Origin: an uncultured delta proteobacterium
GTDB lineage: Bacteria > Desulfobacterota > Binatia > UBA9968
Length of the DNA stretch: 64,000 bases
Assembly: GCA_963737905.1 (NCBI GenBank)
Contig: CAVTUQ010000011.1
Coordinates: forward strand, 32,001-96,000
Direction of reading: 5' to 3'
Shown piece by piece: positions 49,132 to 59,420 of the stretch; positions within the stretch are counted from its first letter, which is position 1, and each line of letters begins with the position of its first letter. Both the position numbers and the translations under genes were made by a program. Below the pieces are notes generated by a model that had not been told where the DNA came from, ran no database searches, and saw only the letters and a program-made list of their open reading frames with translations.

Positions 49132-49330
49132 ATGAAATACAGCAGCGATCGTATTTTAATCACCCCTTGGCAAATCTTTCAGTAAAGATGGAACCGTCAG
49201 CGACGCGGAACTCAAATTTCACGAGCAACACATTCAAAAACATGGAAAAGCAAGCGGCGATACATCGCCTGGCAAGATAGCTGATCTTTCGCCTGCTTCT
49301 GACCAAATCCGCGGGGAACCGAGTCCATAA
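49132..49330 (+). pseudogene. Putative deletion scar: MetE-II-like N-terminus joined to a binding-protein-like C-terminus
   Basis: GGAG RBS followed by MKYSSDRILIT, then in another frame LGKSFSKDGTVSDAELK...KIADLS*. Confidence 0.35.
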
Positions 49331-49355
49331 CTGCCCCTCCATCCTTATGTTTAAA

Positions 49356-49709
49356 CTAGGACTGCGCGTACTTTCGATAAATCATGTCTGTCTTGGCAGC
49401 CATGATGAAATCGTTTTTATGCAGGTTGCGGATCTTGTGGGTCCACCAGGTGACCGCGACCTTGCCCCACTCCGTGGTCAGGCGAGGATGATGACCTTCT
49501 TTTTCGGCTTCTTCGCCGACCGCGTCGGTGAAGGCGATGGCGTCTTTAAAGTTTTTAAATTTGAACAGCCGATCCAACTTGGGAATGCCGTCTTCAGTGA
49601 TCATCTGCCACTCCGGTATCTGGGGTTGTAATCCTCTGATCTCTTCGGCGGTCACCGACGGCGCTCCGACTCGGCAGGCCTCGCATTTTTGTTCGGTGAG
49701 TTCTTCCAT
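49356..49709 (-). CDS. phhB: Pterin-4a-carbinolamine dehydratase
   Basis: FKFKNF, AEKEGHHP, WWTHKI and NDFIMAAKTD. Confidence 0.93.
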   Translation of the reverse strand: MEELTEQKCEACRVGAPSVTAEEIRGLQPQIPEWQMITEDGIPKLDRLFKFKNFKDAIAFTDAVGEEAEKEGHHPRLTTEWGKVAVTWWTHKIRNLHKNDFIMAAKTDMIYRKYAQS

Positions 49710-49743
49710 ATCTCCGTTCCTCCGTTACTTGAACGACTGCGCT

Positions 49744-50799
49744 TTACAATCGCGGCATCACCTCTCGGGCGAACTGTTCCATCGATTCCTTAACCCAAAG
49801 GTGCGGCACGCTGCCAATATTGTGCCAGGTGAGAAAATGCGTCGCGCCCGTCTTTTCCACGAGTTCACGTAATTTTTCCAAGGCGAAGCTCGAATCGCCG
49901 ACCACGGCATGCTGGCCGCAGACGGTTTCGTAGGTGACGGGCAGGCCGGCGCCGCTTCTGCCGAGGCGTGCCGGCAATTCCACGCCACGGCGAGTCAACC
50001 AGTCGATATAGTCACTACGCATATCGGCGATCGTCTTGAAGTAGCTCATGATCCCCTCCTCGGCGCGCGCTTTGGCCTCGGCCGTGGTCTTAGCCAGATG
50101 CATTGGAACCAACAAGCCCAGCTCTTTTTCATTTCGATCATATCCGTGCTTTTGCAATCCCGCCCAATAAACGTCGGCGAAGTCCGTCACCTGCGCGGGC
50201 GTTCGGGTGTGGATGGGAACCAATAAATTGACGCCAAGGCGGGCGCCGACTTCCACGCCCTCCAAAGAACTCGTCGCCATATAAAATGGCGGCAGAGGAT
50301 GCTGCACGGGTTTGGGATTCACGACAACTTGGGGAATCTGAAAAAACTTGCCTTCAAAGGTAAGAGCTTCTTCCGTCCACGCCTTGCGGATAATGGTGAG
50401 ACTTTCCTCCATGACTTCATGGGTCTGCTTGTGATCGACGTCAAAACATTCATAAACGCGACTGTGAGGATGACCGCCGCCAGCAGCAAAATCCATCCGC
50501 CCGTGGCTCAAGAGATCGAGCATCGCCGACTGTTCCGCAAGGTGCACCGGGTGGTGAACCGGCAGCGTATTGACAGCGACGCCAAGTCGCAGTTGCCGTG
50601 TCCTTTGCGCGACAGCCCCGAGCACTACATAAGGGGCGGAAAGAAGCGAAAATTTTGGTTGGCAGTGGATCTCCGCAATCCAAAAGCCGTGGAAACCCAG
50701 TCGATCCGCCAATTCCGCTTGATCCAAAAATTCATTCAATCGCACATATGGGGAGGCACCCGCCGGACACTGGATTTCTGTAAAAAGACTAAATTTCAT
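49744..50799 (-). CDS. LLM-class flavin-dependent oxidoreductase
   Basis: AELADRLGF..FWIAE, LRLGVAV..LP.HHPV..AEQ..LDLLSHGR and PKPVQ. Confidence 0.9.
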   Translation of the reverse strand: MKFSLFTEIQCPAGASPYVRLNEFLDQAELADRLGFHGFWIAEIHCQPKFSLLSAPYVVLGAVAQRTRQLRLGVAVNTLPVHHPVHLAEQSAMLDLLSHGRMDFAAGGGHPHSRVYECFDVDHKQTHEVMEESLTIIRKAWTEEALTFEGKFFQIPQVVVNPKPVQHPLPPFYMATSSLEGVEVGARLGVNLLVPIHTRTPAQVTDFADVYWAGLQKHGYDRNEKELGLLVPMHLAKTTAEAKARAEEGIMSYFKTIADMRSDYIDWLTRRGVELPARLGRSGAGLPVTYETVCGQHAVVGDSSFALEKLRELVEKTGATHFLTWHNIGSVPHLWVKESMEQFAREVMPRL

Positions 50800-50857
50800 C
50801 TGAACAGGTTAGGAACGACCGCTTCCGTTGCCTATAGCGTCCCCGGTTACCACGACT

Positions 50858-52459
50858 CTACCATCCGAGTGCATAGGCTTCTCGTCGGGGATCGGCGCCT
50901 CCCATCCACGTTCCCGTGTTATCGTCTTTGACGATGACCTTAGCGCTGCCGAAGGACCAGCGATCCACTACGGAAACTTTGTGGCCCTGCCTGCTTAAAC
51001 GGTCGATTACTTGCGCGTCAAAACCTTCTTCCATCCGCAAGTGCTCGGGAAGTTGATCCCGTGGCGGCGTGCCCGGCTGGTGGCTCCAGCGCGGATCTTC
51101 AACTGCCGCTTGAGGATCCATTCCCAAGTCCAATATATTATGGAGAACCTGAAGATTTGTTTGCGGCTGCTCGTCAGCGCCAGGGCTCCCTCCCACCGCA
51201 AAAAACTCACCGCCCTTGAAGACCATATAGGTATTCAGCGTATGCGCGGGCCGTTTGCCCGGTTTTAGCGAGTTCGCTTTGCTTGAATCGAGCCCGAAGC
51301 TGCAAAGCCGATTGTTCATGATAACGCCCGTCTCCCCGGCGATTACGCGAGACCCAAAGGGCGCGAAGACACTTTGGATCAACGAAATCGCGTTGCCGTC
51401 GCGGTCTGTGGCGCAGAGATAGGTGGTGTCGCCCCCCAACGCGGTAGCAGCGGTTTGGGACCGGTGAATCACATCGGTAAGGAACTCTCGTCGCTTTGCC
51501 GCATACTCCTTCGAAACCAGCATTGGAATTTTTGGATCGCCGAACGCGGGGTCTTCCAGGTGCCGGATGCGATCTTCAAAGGCGAGCTTCTTAGCTCCCA
51601 CCTGATAGTGAATGCTATCAGCGCGTTGAATCCCTCCCGCCTGGAGCGGCCACGCCTCGATGATATTCAGCATTTCGAGAACCATGAATCCCTGAGAGAC
51701 CGGGGGCTGTTCGAAGACTACATAATCCCTATAAGGAGTACTGAGGGGTTCGAGCCACCGCGCTACATTGCCCTGAAAATCGTCCTGCGCGAGCACGCCG
51801 CCTTCGGCTTTCAGTGTTCGGCAGATAGCCTCCGCAACCTCGCCGCTGTAAAATCCATCACGGCCATTGAGTGAAATCTTTGCCAGTACGTCTCCCAGCC
51901 CTTTTTGAACGATAAGTTTTCCAGGCGTGGGCTCCCCGATCGGTCGGCGAAAATAACGGTCAACCCAGGGAAACTCCGAGCTCAACTCCTCAATCGCCTC
52001 CGCCAGTTCCAGATGGAGCGGGAACCCGCCGCGGGCGAGAGTAATCGCGTCAGACGTGAGCCGGCTCAGATCCTGAGTGCCATATTTTCTGTGAAGTTCG
52101 AGCCATCCATCGACCGCCCCGGGCACCGCCACGCTCAACGGACCCGAAGTCGGAACACTCTTCAGTCCCTGTTCCCGAAAATAGTCGATGCTTGCCCTGG
52201 CAGGCGCCGGGCCACTGGCGTTAATCGCCTCGACCTTTCCGTTCTTTTCCATAAAGACCAACGCAAAAAGATCCCCGCCAGGACCGCACGCTTCGGGCTT
52301 CACCACCGCCATCACGAACGCCGCCGCAAGGGCCGCATCGATCGCATTACCACCTTCCTGGAGGACTTTAACTCCGGCCAACGCTCCGAGACTGTGACCT
52401 GCCGAAACCATTCCGTTTCGTCCCATAATGACGGGGCGCGCCGATTTATTGAAGTTCAT
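50858..52459 (-). CDS. ggt: Gamma-glutamyltransferase family protein
   Basis: GGNAIDAA, GGDLF, nucleophile GDTTY, PGKRPAHTL and GADPRREA. Confidence 0.92.
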   Translation of the reverse strand: MNFNKSARPVIMGRNGMVSAGHSLGALAGVKVLQEGGNAIDAALAAAFVMAVVKPEACGPGGDLFALVFMEKNGKVEAINASGPAPARASIDYFREQGLKSVPTSGPLSVAVPGAVDGWLELHRKYGTQDLSRLTSDAITLARGGFPLHLELAEAIEELSSEFPWVDRYFRRPIGEPTPGKLIVQKGLGDVLAKISLNGRDGFYSGEVAEAICRTLKAEGGVLAQDDFQGNVARWLEPLSTPYRDYVVFEQPPVSQGFMVLEMLNIIEAWPLQAGGIQRADSIHYQVGAKKLAFEDRIRHLEDPAFGDPKIPMLVSKEYAAKRREFLTDVIHRSQTAATALGGDTTYLCATDRDGNAISLIQSVFAPFGSRVIAGETGVIMNNRLCSFGLDSSKANSLKPGKRPAHTLNTYMVFKGGEFFAVGGSPGADEQPQTNLQVLHNILDLGMDPQAAVEDPRWSHQPGTPPRDQLPEHLRMEEGFDAQVIDRLSRQGHKVSVVDRWSFGSAKVIVKDDNTGTWMGGADPRREAYALGW

Positions 52460-53519
52460 AATCCTCCTCTAAACCGAGAATCTTCTGGGCGTTGCCGCCA
52501 AGGATTTTTCCCTTTTCATCTTTGCTTAGCTCCAGTCCCTCGATAGCTTTCAGACTGTTTTTGACCAGGAGGCAGCCTTCTTCGGGGCCGTACGGATAAT
52601 TGGTCCCGAGTACAAGTCTGTCGACTCCAAAGAAGTCTTTCACACACCTTAATGTCGACGCGGGGTGATCCGCAGTGTCGACGTAAAATCGCCTAAATGA
52701 ATCAAGCGGGTTTTCCTGTAATCCATATCTCTGCCTGATTTCCTCAGTGCGGCCGCTGTAGATATTGATCGCCCGCTGCGCGAAGAAAGCCAGCACTCCG
52801 CCCACGTCGGCCACGACAAAGTTGATCTCCGGAAACCTTTCCAACACTCGGCCATAGACCAAGCGGGTCATCGCCACCGTACTGTCAAAAGCCCAGCCGA
52901 AGATCAAGGTCGGCATGATATCGATTCCTGTGGCCTCGGTAGCTAACGGAGCGGTGGGATGGATATAGACGGGCAGCTTGTATCGTGCCAGCCGTTCATA
53001 GATCGGAAACAACTCTTCACGGTCGAGGGGTTTTCCGTTGAGATTCGCGAAAGAGCCAAAGCCCCGCAGTCCCAGCTCGTTGATACTTCGCTCCAGCTCA
53101 TCGAGTGAATTCTTAATTGAGGAGGTCGGCAAAGTGAAAAATCCGATAAAGCGCTTAGGGTGTTGCCGACAAATGGCTGCCACAGCATTGTTGGCAATCT
53201 TGGCTAGGCTGATAGCGCCGTCGCCTTCAAAACGGTCTGCGCCGGGAGCCGGAATGGTCAACACATGAATATCAATCCCCAGCTGATCCATGTGGGCCAA
53301 TCTACGCTCGATATTTTGCCCCTGGAAGGTCGCCGTGTTGATGCGGCAGCGGAGCTTCTTGTCGTAAAAGTAAGTCATGCCGCTGTGCGGATCGGGGGCT
53401 TCCAACACCACCGCACCGTCGAGGCGTTGCATCTCCTCAATATAGGCTTCGGGGAAAATATGGGCTTGAAAATCGACGACCATAAGCCGATCCGGATCAG
53501 GGCGTGAAAGCACAGGCAC
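52446..53519 (-). CDS. Amidohydrolase_2 family protein with atypical metal ligands
   Basis: RLAHMDQLGID, PVYIHP and ILGGNA. Ligand positions read DFQAH, ADVGG and GTNYP. Confidence 0.85.
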   Translation of the reverse strand: MPVLSRPDPDRLMVVDFQAHIFPEAYIEEMQRLDGAVVLEAPDPHSGMTYFYDKKLRCRINTATFQGQNIERRLAHMDQLGIDIHVLTIPAPGADRFEGDGAISLAKIANNAVAAICRQHPKRFIGFFTLPTSSIKNSLDELERSINELGLRGFGSFANLNGKPLDREELFPIYERLARYKLPVYIHPTAPLATEATGIDIMPTLIFGWAFDSTVAMTRLVYGRVLERFPEINFVVADVGGVLAFFAQRAINIYSGRTEEIRQRYGLQENPLDSFRRFYVDTADHPASTLRCVKDFFGVDRLVLGTNYPYGPEEGCLLVKNSLKAIEGLELSKDEKGKILGGNAQKILGLEEDYELQ

Positions 53520-53534
53520 GGTGATGCTTACAGA

Positions 53535-54572
53535 CTAAAGGCCGTACAGCGCCCTGGCATTGTCATCCAGAATCTTATTGACGATCTCAGGCGGCACCGT
53601 ACCATCTTCTTTGAGTTTGCGAAGCGCCAGGATCTCGGAAGAGGTATCATTGTGGCCATAATCCGTACCGATGACCAGCTGATCCTCTCCCGAATATTTC
53701 AGCACATAAGGGAGATCGTCATCGGTTTGGCACGCCACGTAGATTCGGTTTTTTCGCAGCACATTCCCCTTGTCCACGTGCTTTCCGCCCCGTTCGAACC
53801 GTCTGGCAAAGTCATGAATCGCATAGGGCACCCACTGAGAGCTTACCTCGATGAAAGCGAATTTGGTCTTGGGAAATTTGTCCGGGATCTCATGGAAGAT
53901 CAAGGCGTGGAACGAGCCCACCACAGCGAGTTTGAATTTGGAAAACCCGCATTCGTTCAGGAAAAAATCATGCACGGCAAAGCTCCCCGTGGCCGAGTGC
54001 ACGCAGACCGGCAAATCCAACCGCCCCGCTTCTTCATAGAGAGGGAAAAAATGAGAGTCGCTGAGGCGCTTGTCCCCTTCGAGACCGCGCATGAATATAC
54101 CGCAGGCGCCGTTCTCTTTGGCGAAGCGAGCCTCCTCCAGCGCTTTGTCCATCGTGAGCAGCGGTAATACGGCCACCCAGCGCAACCGCTCCGGTGCACG
54201 CTTCCAGATATCGACGAGCCAGCGATTGTAGCTTCGGGTCACCGCCAGTTCCAACTCCGGCCGGCGTGTGAACGGCCGTAAAAAAATAGTCGGATAGAGT
54301 ACCTGCACATCGACGTCTAGCTCGTCCATGTGCTTGAGGCGCGCGTTGATATCGTCCATTTCCCTAGCTTCTTTCGGGGTCTCGTGGCCGACATTGCGCG
54401 CCTTTCCGATATAGACACTATCGATCAGCCACGACTCACCGCCGGTACTCGGGTCGTCCGGTGTCGCCACGATGCGGGGCCTGTATTCTCGCTCCGACTC
54501 CAACAGGTAGTCCCAGGTTCGTTCCGTTTCTAAAACGTGGGCATCGGAATCAATAACTGCCATTTCTGTCAA
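53535..54572 (-). CDS. Amidohydrolase_2 family protein
   Basis: IDSDAHV, RLKHMD, PVCVH, GTDYGH and NARALY. Confidence 0.88.
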   Translation of the reverse strand: MTEMAVIDSDAHVLETERTWDYLLESEREYRPRIVATPDDPSTGGESWLIDSVYIGKARNVGHETPKEAREMDDINARLKHMDELDVDVQVLYPTIFLRPFTRRPELELAVTRSYNRWLVDIWKRAPERLRWVAVLPLLTMDKALEEARFAKENGACGIFMRGLEGDKRLSDSHFFPLYEEAGRLDLPVCVHSATGSFAVHDFFLNECGFSKFKLAVVGSFHALIFHEIPDKFPKTKFAFIEVSSQWVPYAIHDFARRFERGGKHVDKGNVLRKNRIYVACQTDDDLPYVLKYSGEDQLVIGTDYGHNDTSSEILALRKLKEDGTVPPEIVNKILDDNARALYGL

Positions 54573-54778
54573 CCTCCAAATCTCGGCTTGGCCAACGATT
54601 GCTTAGGCCCGGCCCGTTCCGTCTTAGAACCGACGGAGCTATTGCAACCCTGGCAGGTGTAATCATACAACTCGCCGTCCGGCAGCACCAAAAGCAAGCG
54701 TTCTCTTACCGGCATCGCTCTGCGGCAATTGTTACAGTAAAGCAACGCCGCGTTGAATTGATCGAAAGACTGCTCCAT
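54569..54778 (-). CDS. Small CxxC-CxxC zinc-ribbon-like protein
   Basis: LYCNNCRRAMPVRERLLLVLPDGELYDYTCQGC. ATGA overlap with the next gene. Confidence 0.8.
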   Translation of the reverse strand: MEQSFDQFNAALLYCNNCRRAMPVRERLLLVLPDGELYDYTCQGCNSSVGSKTERAGPKQSLAKPRFGG

Positions 54779-54794
54779 AAGAAACTCTCAACTC

Positions 54795-56894
54795 TCACGC
54801 CTTATGTTCGCCATCTGCGGCCTGTCTTGCTTTCGCCTCCTTGATCACCTTTTCCGCCAGATGAGGCGGCAACTCCTCGTAGTGAGAAAACTCCATCTGG
54901 AATTCTCCTCGCCCGCTGGTAAGAGCTCGCAGGTCGGGCGCATACTTCAAGACTTCCGACATGGGCACTTTTGATTTTATAACCTGATTGTGCCCCTTCG
55001 TGTCCATGCCGATCACTTTTCCGCGACGGCTGTTCAGATCACCGATCACGTCGCCCATGCTTTCGTCGGGCACGGTGATTTCCATGTTCATGATCGGTTC
55101 GAGAATTACCGGCTTGGCCTTCTCAACGGCGCTTTTAAACCCGAGGGACCCGGCGATTTTGAACGCCATGTCCGACGAGTCCACGTCGTGATAGGAACCG
55201 TCATAGAGCCTTACGCGCACATCGACCATCGGATATCCGGCGATCACCCCTCCGGTCATGGCTTCCCTGATCCCTTTCTCCACTGCAGGGATATAGTTTC
55301 TCGGAATGGCGCCACCCACAATCTCATCGACAAACTCGAAACCCTTGCCATGGGGAAGCGGTTCGATTTTGATCCAGGTATCGCCGTACTGCCCCCGTCC
55401 GCCGGTTTGCTTTTTCAACCTTCCCTGGGCGCTCGCACTGGCCCGGATGGTTTCTTTGTACGGAACCTTGGGGGCCTTGAGGACGACTTCGGCGCTGTAT
55501 TTGCGCTTCAGCTTTTCGACGATGATCTCGACATGCTGCTGTCCCATGCCCGAAAGGATAAAATCGCGCGTTTGCTCATCACGATGGACCTCGATGGTCG
55601 GGTCTTCTTCCATTATTCTGTGCAGCCCCTGGGGCACTTTCTCTTCGTCCGCCTTGCTTTTGGGTTCGAGCGCAAAAGAAATAACCGGCGAAAAATGCAC
55701 CGGCCCTTCATACTGGATCGGTGATTTCTCGTCGCACATCGTATCGCCGGTGGAAACATCTTTCAATTTCGCGGCCGCTACGATATCACCGGCGGAAGCT
55801 TCCTTAACGATCTCCTGTTTCTTTCCTTCTAGACGGAACATGTGCCCGATTTTCTCTTTGACTTGCTTATTGGGAACATAGCAGACACCATCCGACGCGA
55901 TCTTGCCGGAAACCACGCGCATGACGGAGAGTTTTCCCGCAAACGGATCGATGATCGTCTTGAACACGTAGGCGGAAAACGGAGCGGTGGGTTGCTGGGC
56001 CCGTTTTTCCACCTCGCCGGTGATCGGGTTCGTGCCTTCGACTTCGTCTTCGTCCAAGGGCGACGGCAAATAGTCAATGACGGCGTCGAGCAATTGCTGA
56101 ATTCCGATCTGCTTGAGTGCCGAGCCGTAGAGAACTGGATAGAGTTTTCCCTGTCGCGTTTGCTCGCGAATGGCTTTTTTCAGCTCCTCCGTCGATATCT
56201 CTTTACCCTCCAGATATTTTTCCAGAAGCTCGTCGTCACTTTCCGAAACACCTTCCATCAGTTTTTGGCGCATCTCCTCCGCAGTACCTTTGAGATCGGC
56301 CGGAATTTCCCCTTCGGCAAATTTTCCAGTGTCTCCTTCATAGACGCACGTTTTCATGGAGAGCAGATCCACGACTCCTTTGAAGTTTGCCTCGACACCG
56401 ATGGGCATTTGGAGGTGAATCCCTTTGATTCCTAAACCTTCCAACATCGAATCGATACGCTCGACGACGTTGTCTTGCTCATGGTCCATCTTGCTTGCGA
56501 ACAAAAGCCGACTGATCCGGTTATCATTGGCCCTGTCCCACAATCGTTCGGACTCAACCCTAAGGCCCACGGAGGGGTTAAGCACAAACACGGCACCGCC
56601 GAAAGCGCGCATGGCATTGATCGAATCCGCCAGGAAAGCGGCGTAGCCCGGCGTATCGATCAATTGGCAAGGATATTTCTTCCATGGCAACGTATGAAAC
56701 GCCGAGGAGATCGACACGTAATGTTTTATTTCTTCCGGCTCGTGATCCAATACCGATGTGCCCTCTTGAACCTTTCCCAACCGTTGCGTCACCCCCGCCG
56801 CAAACAGCATGGCTTCCCCTAACGAAGTTTTTCCTGAGCCGCCTTGACCCAGAATGCCGACGTTACGAAGTTTCTCCAGCTCCGCTGTAGCCAT
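54795..56894 (-). CDS. fusA: Elongation factor G paralogue (EF-G2 type)
   Basis: GQGGSGKT, IDTPG, SKMD and LYDGSYHDVDSS. Lacks the canonical RGITI effector loop and is not in an rpsL-rpsG-tuf operon. Confidence 0.9.
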   Translation of the reverse strand: MATAELEKLRNVGILGQGGSGKTSLGEAMLFAAGVTQRLGKVQEGTSVLDHEPEEIKHYVSISSAFHTLPWKKYPCQLIDTPGYAAFLADSINAMRAFGGAVFVLNPSVGLRVESERLWDRANDNRISRLLFASKMDHEQDNVVERIDSMLEGLGIKGIHLQMPIGVEANFKGVVDLLSMKTCVYEGDTGKFAEGEIPADLKGTAEEMRQKLMEGVSESDDELLEKYLEGKEISTEELKKAIREQTRQGKLYPVLYGSALKQIGIQQLLDAVIDYLPSPLDEDEVEGTNPITGEVEKRAQQPTAPFSAYVFKTIIDPFAGKLSVMRVVSGKIASDGVCYVPNKQVKEKIGHMFRLEGKKQEIVKEASAGDIVAAAKLKDVSTGDTMCDEKSPIQYEGPVHFSPVISFALEPKSKADEEKVPQGLHRIMEEDPTIEVHRDEQTRDFILSGMGQQHVEIIVEKLKRKYSAEVVLKAPKVPYKETIRASASAQGRLKKQTGGRGQYGDTWIKIEPLPHGKGFEFVDEIVGGAIPRNYIPAVEKGIREAMTGGVIAGYPMVDVRVRLYDGSYHDVDSSDMAFKIAGSLGFKSAVEKAKPVILEPIMNMEITVPDESMGDVIGDLNSRRGKVIGMDTKGHNQVIKSKVPMSEVLKYAPDLRALTSGRGEFQMEFSHYEELPPHLAEKVIKEAKARQAADGEHKA

Positions 56895-56916
56895 AACTAT
56901 AGGATCCTTCCTGCTT

Positions 56917-57711
56917 TTATTTGTGCGCCCTAGCCTTCACTTCCTGCAAGGAATTCCTTTCATAAATGATGCGTAGTCCTTCCAAGGTCAGGAATTCATC
57001 GACTTCGCCGATGCTGGAACATTCGGACGCCACCAGAGGCGCCAATCCTCCTGTAGCGACGACTTTGGCCTGAACGCCGTTTTCCTTCTGTATACGCTGA
57101 ACCAGACCGTCCACGAGACCCACATAGCCGAAAAAAATTCCCGCTTGGATGGAGTTGACGGTATTTTTTCCCACGACTTCTTTAGGTTTGACAATCTCGA
57201 TTCTCGGCAGTTTCGAAGCTCTTTGAAATAACGCCTCCAAAGAAATCAACAGGCCCGGCGCGATCGCCCCGCCGATGTATTCCCCCTTTTTGGATATGAA
57301 ATCCACCGTCGTCGCGGTACCAAAATCCACGACAATACAGGCGTCGCGATATTTCTCAAAGGCCGCAATGCCGTTGACAATGCGATCGGCGCCGACGTCC
57401 TTGGGACTATCATATAAAATGGGCATCCCCGTCTTGATCCCGGGACCGACCATGAGAGGTTCGAGCTCGAAAAACTTGGTGGCCAGCTCCTGGGTAACGC
57501 TGACCATAGGCGGGACGACACAGGAGGCGACGATAGAATGAATCTGGTTGCACCTGAACCCCTTGGAGGAGATGAGATGCGAAATGATCACGCCGTATTC
57601 ATCGGCCGTTCGTTCCGCCTCGGTCAGCAAACGCCAATGGGTGATCAGTTTTTTGCCCTGATAGAGACCCAGAACAATGTTGGTGTTGCCGATATCGATC
57701 GCTAAAAGCAT
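56917..57711 (-). CDS. coaX: Type III pantothenate kinase
   Basis: [29 protein letters not shown] and ATGG. Confidence 0.95.
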   Translation of the reverse strand: MLLAIDIGNTNIVLGLYQGKKLITHWRLLTEAERTADEYGVIISHLISSKGFRCNQIHSIVASCVVPPMVSVTQELATKFFELEPLMVGPGIKTGMPILYDSPKDVGADRIVNGIAAFEKYRDACIVVDFGTATTVDFISKKGEYIGGAIAPGLLISLEALFQRASKLPRIEIVKPKEVVGKNTVNSIQAGIFFGYVGLVDGLVQRIQKENGVQAKVVATGGLAPLVASECSSIGEVDEFLTLEGLRIIYERNSLQEVKARAHK

Positions 57712-57722
57712 ACTCTTGCAAT

Positions 57723-58562
57723 TCAATCTTCTATCGGAACCACGTCACCGGCGACAATTCGATGACGTTTTCCTTGCCCGTCCTCTAAAATGAGGGCTCC
57801 GTCTCTATCTATCCCCTTGGCTGTTCCGACCATGATGTGGTCCGTCATTTCGACTCGAATCGCTTTCCCTCGCAGCGCAAAAAAGGCTTCCCAGCGTAGG
57901 GCGAGGGCATTAAAGCCCACCTCTTCGAGTTCTCCATAGCACCTGTCGAGGTCCTGAATCAATCTCCGCATGAACGCCTCACGGCTGACGTTTTTTTGGG
58001 TCAGGGCCAAAATCGAAGTCGCGCGTTCGCGAATCACTTCCGGCATTGATGCCACCGGATAGTTCAGGTTGACGCCGATGCCAAGAATCACGAATTCAAT
58101 CCGCTCGGAATCACAAGACGATTCGGTCAAGACTCCCGCTAGCTTCTTACCTCCAGCCAAAATATCGTTGGGCCATTTGATAGTCGGCGACGTCCCGATA
58201 AACGAGGCAATAGTATCCGCCAGGGCTACGGCAGCCATCAAGGTGATCTGAGGGGCACGGGCCGGAGGTAGCTGCGGCCGGAGGATCACGGAAAAGTACA
58301 GGTTCACGAAAGGTGGAGATATCCAGGTTCTGCCCAAACGGCCACGACCGCGAGTCTGGGTTTCGGCAAAGATAACCGTGCCCTCGTCCGCTTCCTGTTC
58401 GGCAAGCCGTCGGGCGTAAGCATTGGTGGAGTCGAGTTCCGAAAAATAGTGGAGATTCGTTCCCAGACGTTTCGTCGCCAGACCATCCCGAACTTGCTGG
58501 AGTTGGAGCGGTCGCTTTATCCGCACAGACCTTTGCCTATTATCCGGCTCAAGAACGCGCAT
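57723..58562 (-). CDS. birA: Biotin--[acetyl-CoA carboxylase] ligase
   Basis: [26 protein letters not shown] and GIGVN. Confidence 0.95.
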   Translation of the reverse strand: MRVLEPDNRQRSVRIKRPLQLQQVRDGLATKRLGTNLHYFSELDSTNAYARRLAEQEADEGTVIFAETQTRGRGRLGRTWISPPFVNLYFSVILRPQLPPARAPQITLMAAVALADTIASFIGTSPTIKWPNDILAGGKKLAGVLTESSCDSERIEFVILGIGVNLNYPVASMPEVIRERATSILALTQKNVSREAFMRRLIQDLDRCYGELEEVGFNALALRWEAFFALRGKAIRVEMTDHIMVGTAKGIDRDGALILEDGQGKRHRIVAGDVVPIED

Positions 58563-59403
58563 TCATCGTTATCTTCATATTAAAATCAACCACCGGCGCC
58601 GAATGGGTCAGCGCACCCGACGAGATGAAGTCGACGCCCGTCTCGGCCACCTGGCGAATAGTCTCTAATGTGATGCCGCCTGAGGCCTCGACCCAAGCGC
58701 GTTTGTTCACCCATCGGACCGCCTCCGCCATTTGCGTGATCGTCATGTTGTCGAGCATGATCACGTCCGTCCCGGCTTCGATCGCTTCTTGAACCTGCTT
58801 GAGATTTCCGGCTTCCACTTCGACTTTGGCCATAAAGGGAGCATGACGCCTCACGGCTTTGACTGCCTCGGCAATCGACCCTGTCGCCTCGATATGATTG
58901 TCCTTTACCAGCGCGGCATCGTATAGACCGATGCGGTGATTCGTTCCACCCCCCATGCGCACGGCGTACTTTTCCAAAGTCCGAAGTCCCGGTGTCGTTT
59001 TTCTGGTATCCAACACCTTGCACGGAAGATCTTTAACGGCGTCTACATATTTCCGTGTCAGTGTCGCTGTTCCCGATAAACGCTGGAGGAAGTTCAAAGC
59101 CGTTCGTTCGGCCAGTAACAGCGCGCGAACAGGACCTTCGGCTTCCGCTACAACCTTCCCGTTCTTCACTTGGCTGCCATCCTTGGCGAGAAGGCGCACC
59201 TCCACTTTCGGATCGATAAAGTAAAAGATTCGATCCAAAAGCACCAATCCCGCCACAACGCCATCTTTCTTGGCGCGGAACAGCCCCTTGCCTTGGGATT
59301 CCGCTGAAATGGTCGCCATGGTCGCTAAATCGCCGGCACCAATATCTTCATCTAACGAGTCGCGAATCAATCTTTCGATCTGGGGACTGACCAGGATATC
59401 CAT
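58549..59403 (-). CDS. nadC: Quinolinate phosphoribosyltransferase
   Basis: ERTALNFLQRLSG, DTRKTTPG, KDNH, IMLDN and EASGG. Confidence 0.96.
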   Translation of the reverse strand: MDILVSPQIERLIRDSLDEDIGAGDLATMATISAESQGKGLFRAKKDGVVAGLVLLDRIFYFIDPKVEVRLLAKDGSQVKNGKVVAEAEGPVRALLLAERTALNFLQRLSGTATLTRKYVDAVKDLPCKVLDTRKTTPGLRTLEKYAVRMGGGTNHRIGLYDAALVKDNHIEATGSIAEAVKAVRRHAPFMAKVEVEAGNLKQVQEAIEAGTDVIMLDNMTITQMAEAVRWVNKRAWVEASGGITLETIRQVAETGVDFISSGALTHSAPVVDFNMKITMNARS

Positions 59404-59420
59404 GATACCTCGTTCCTTCC

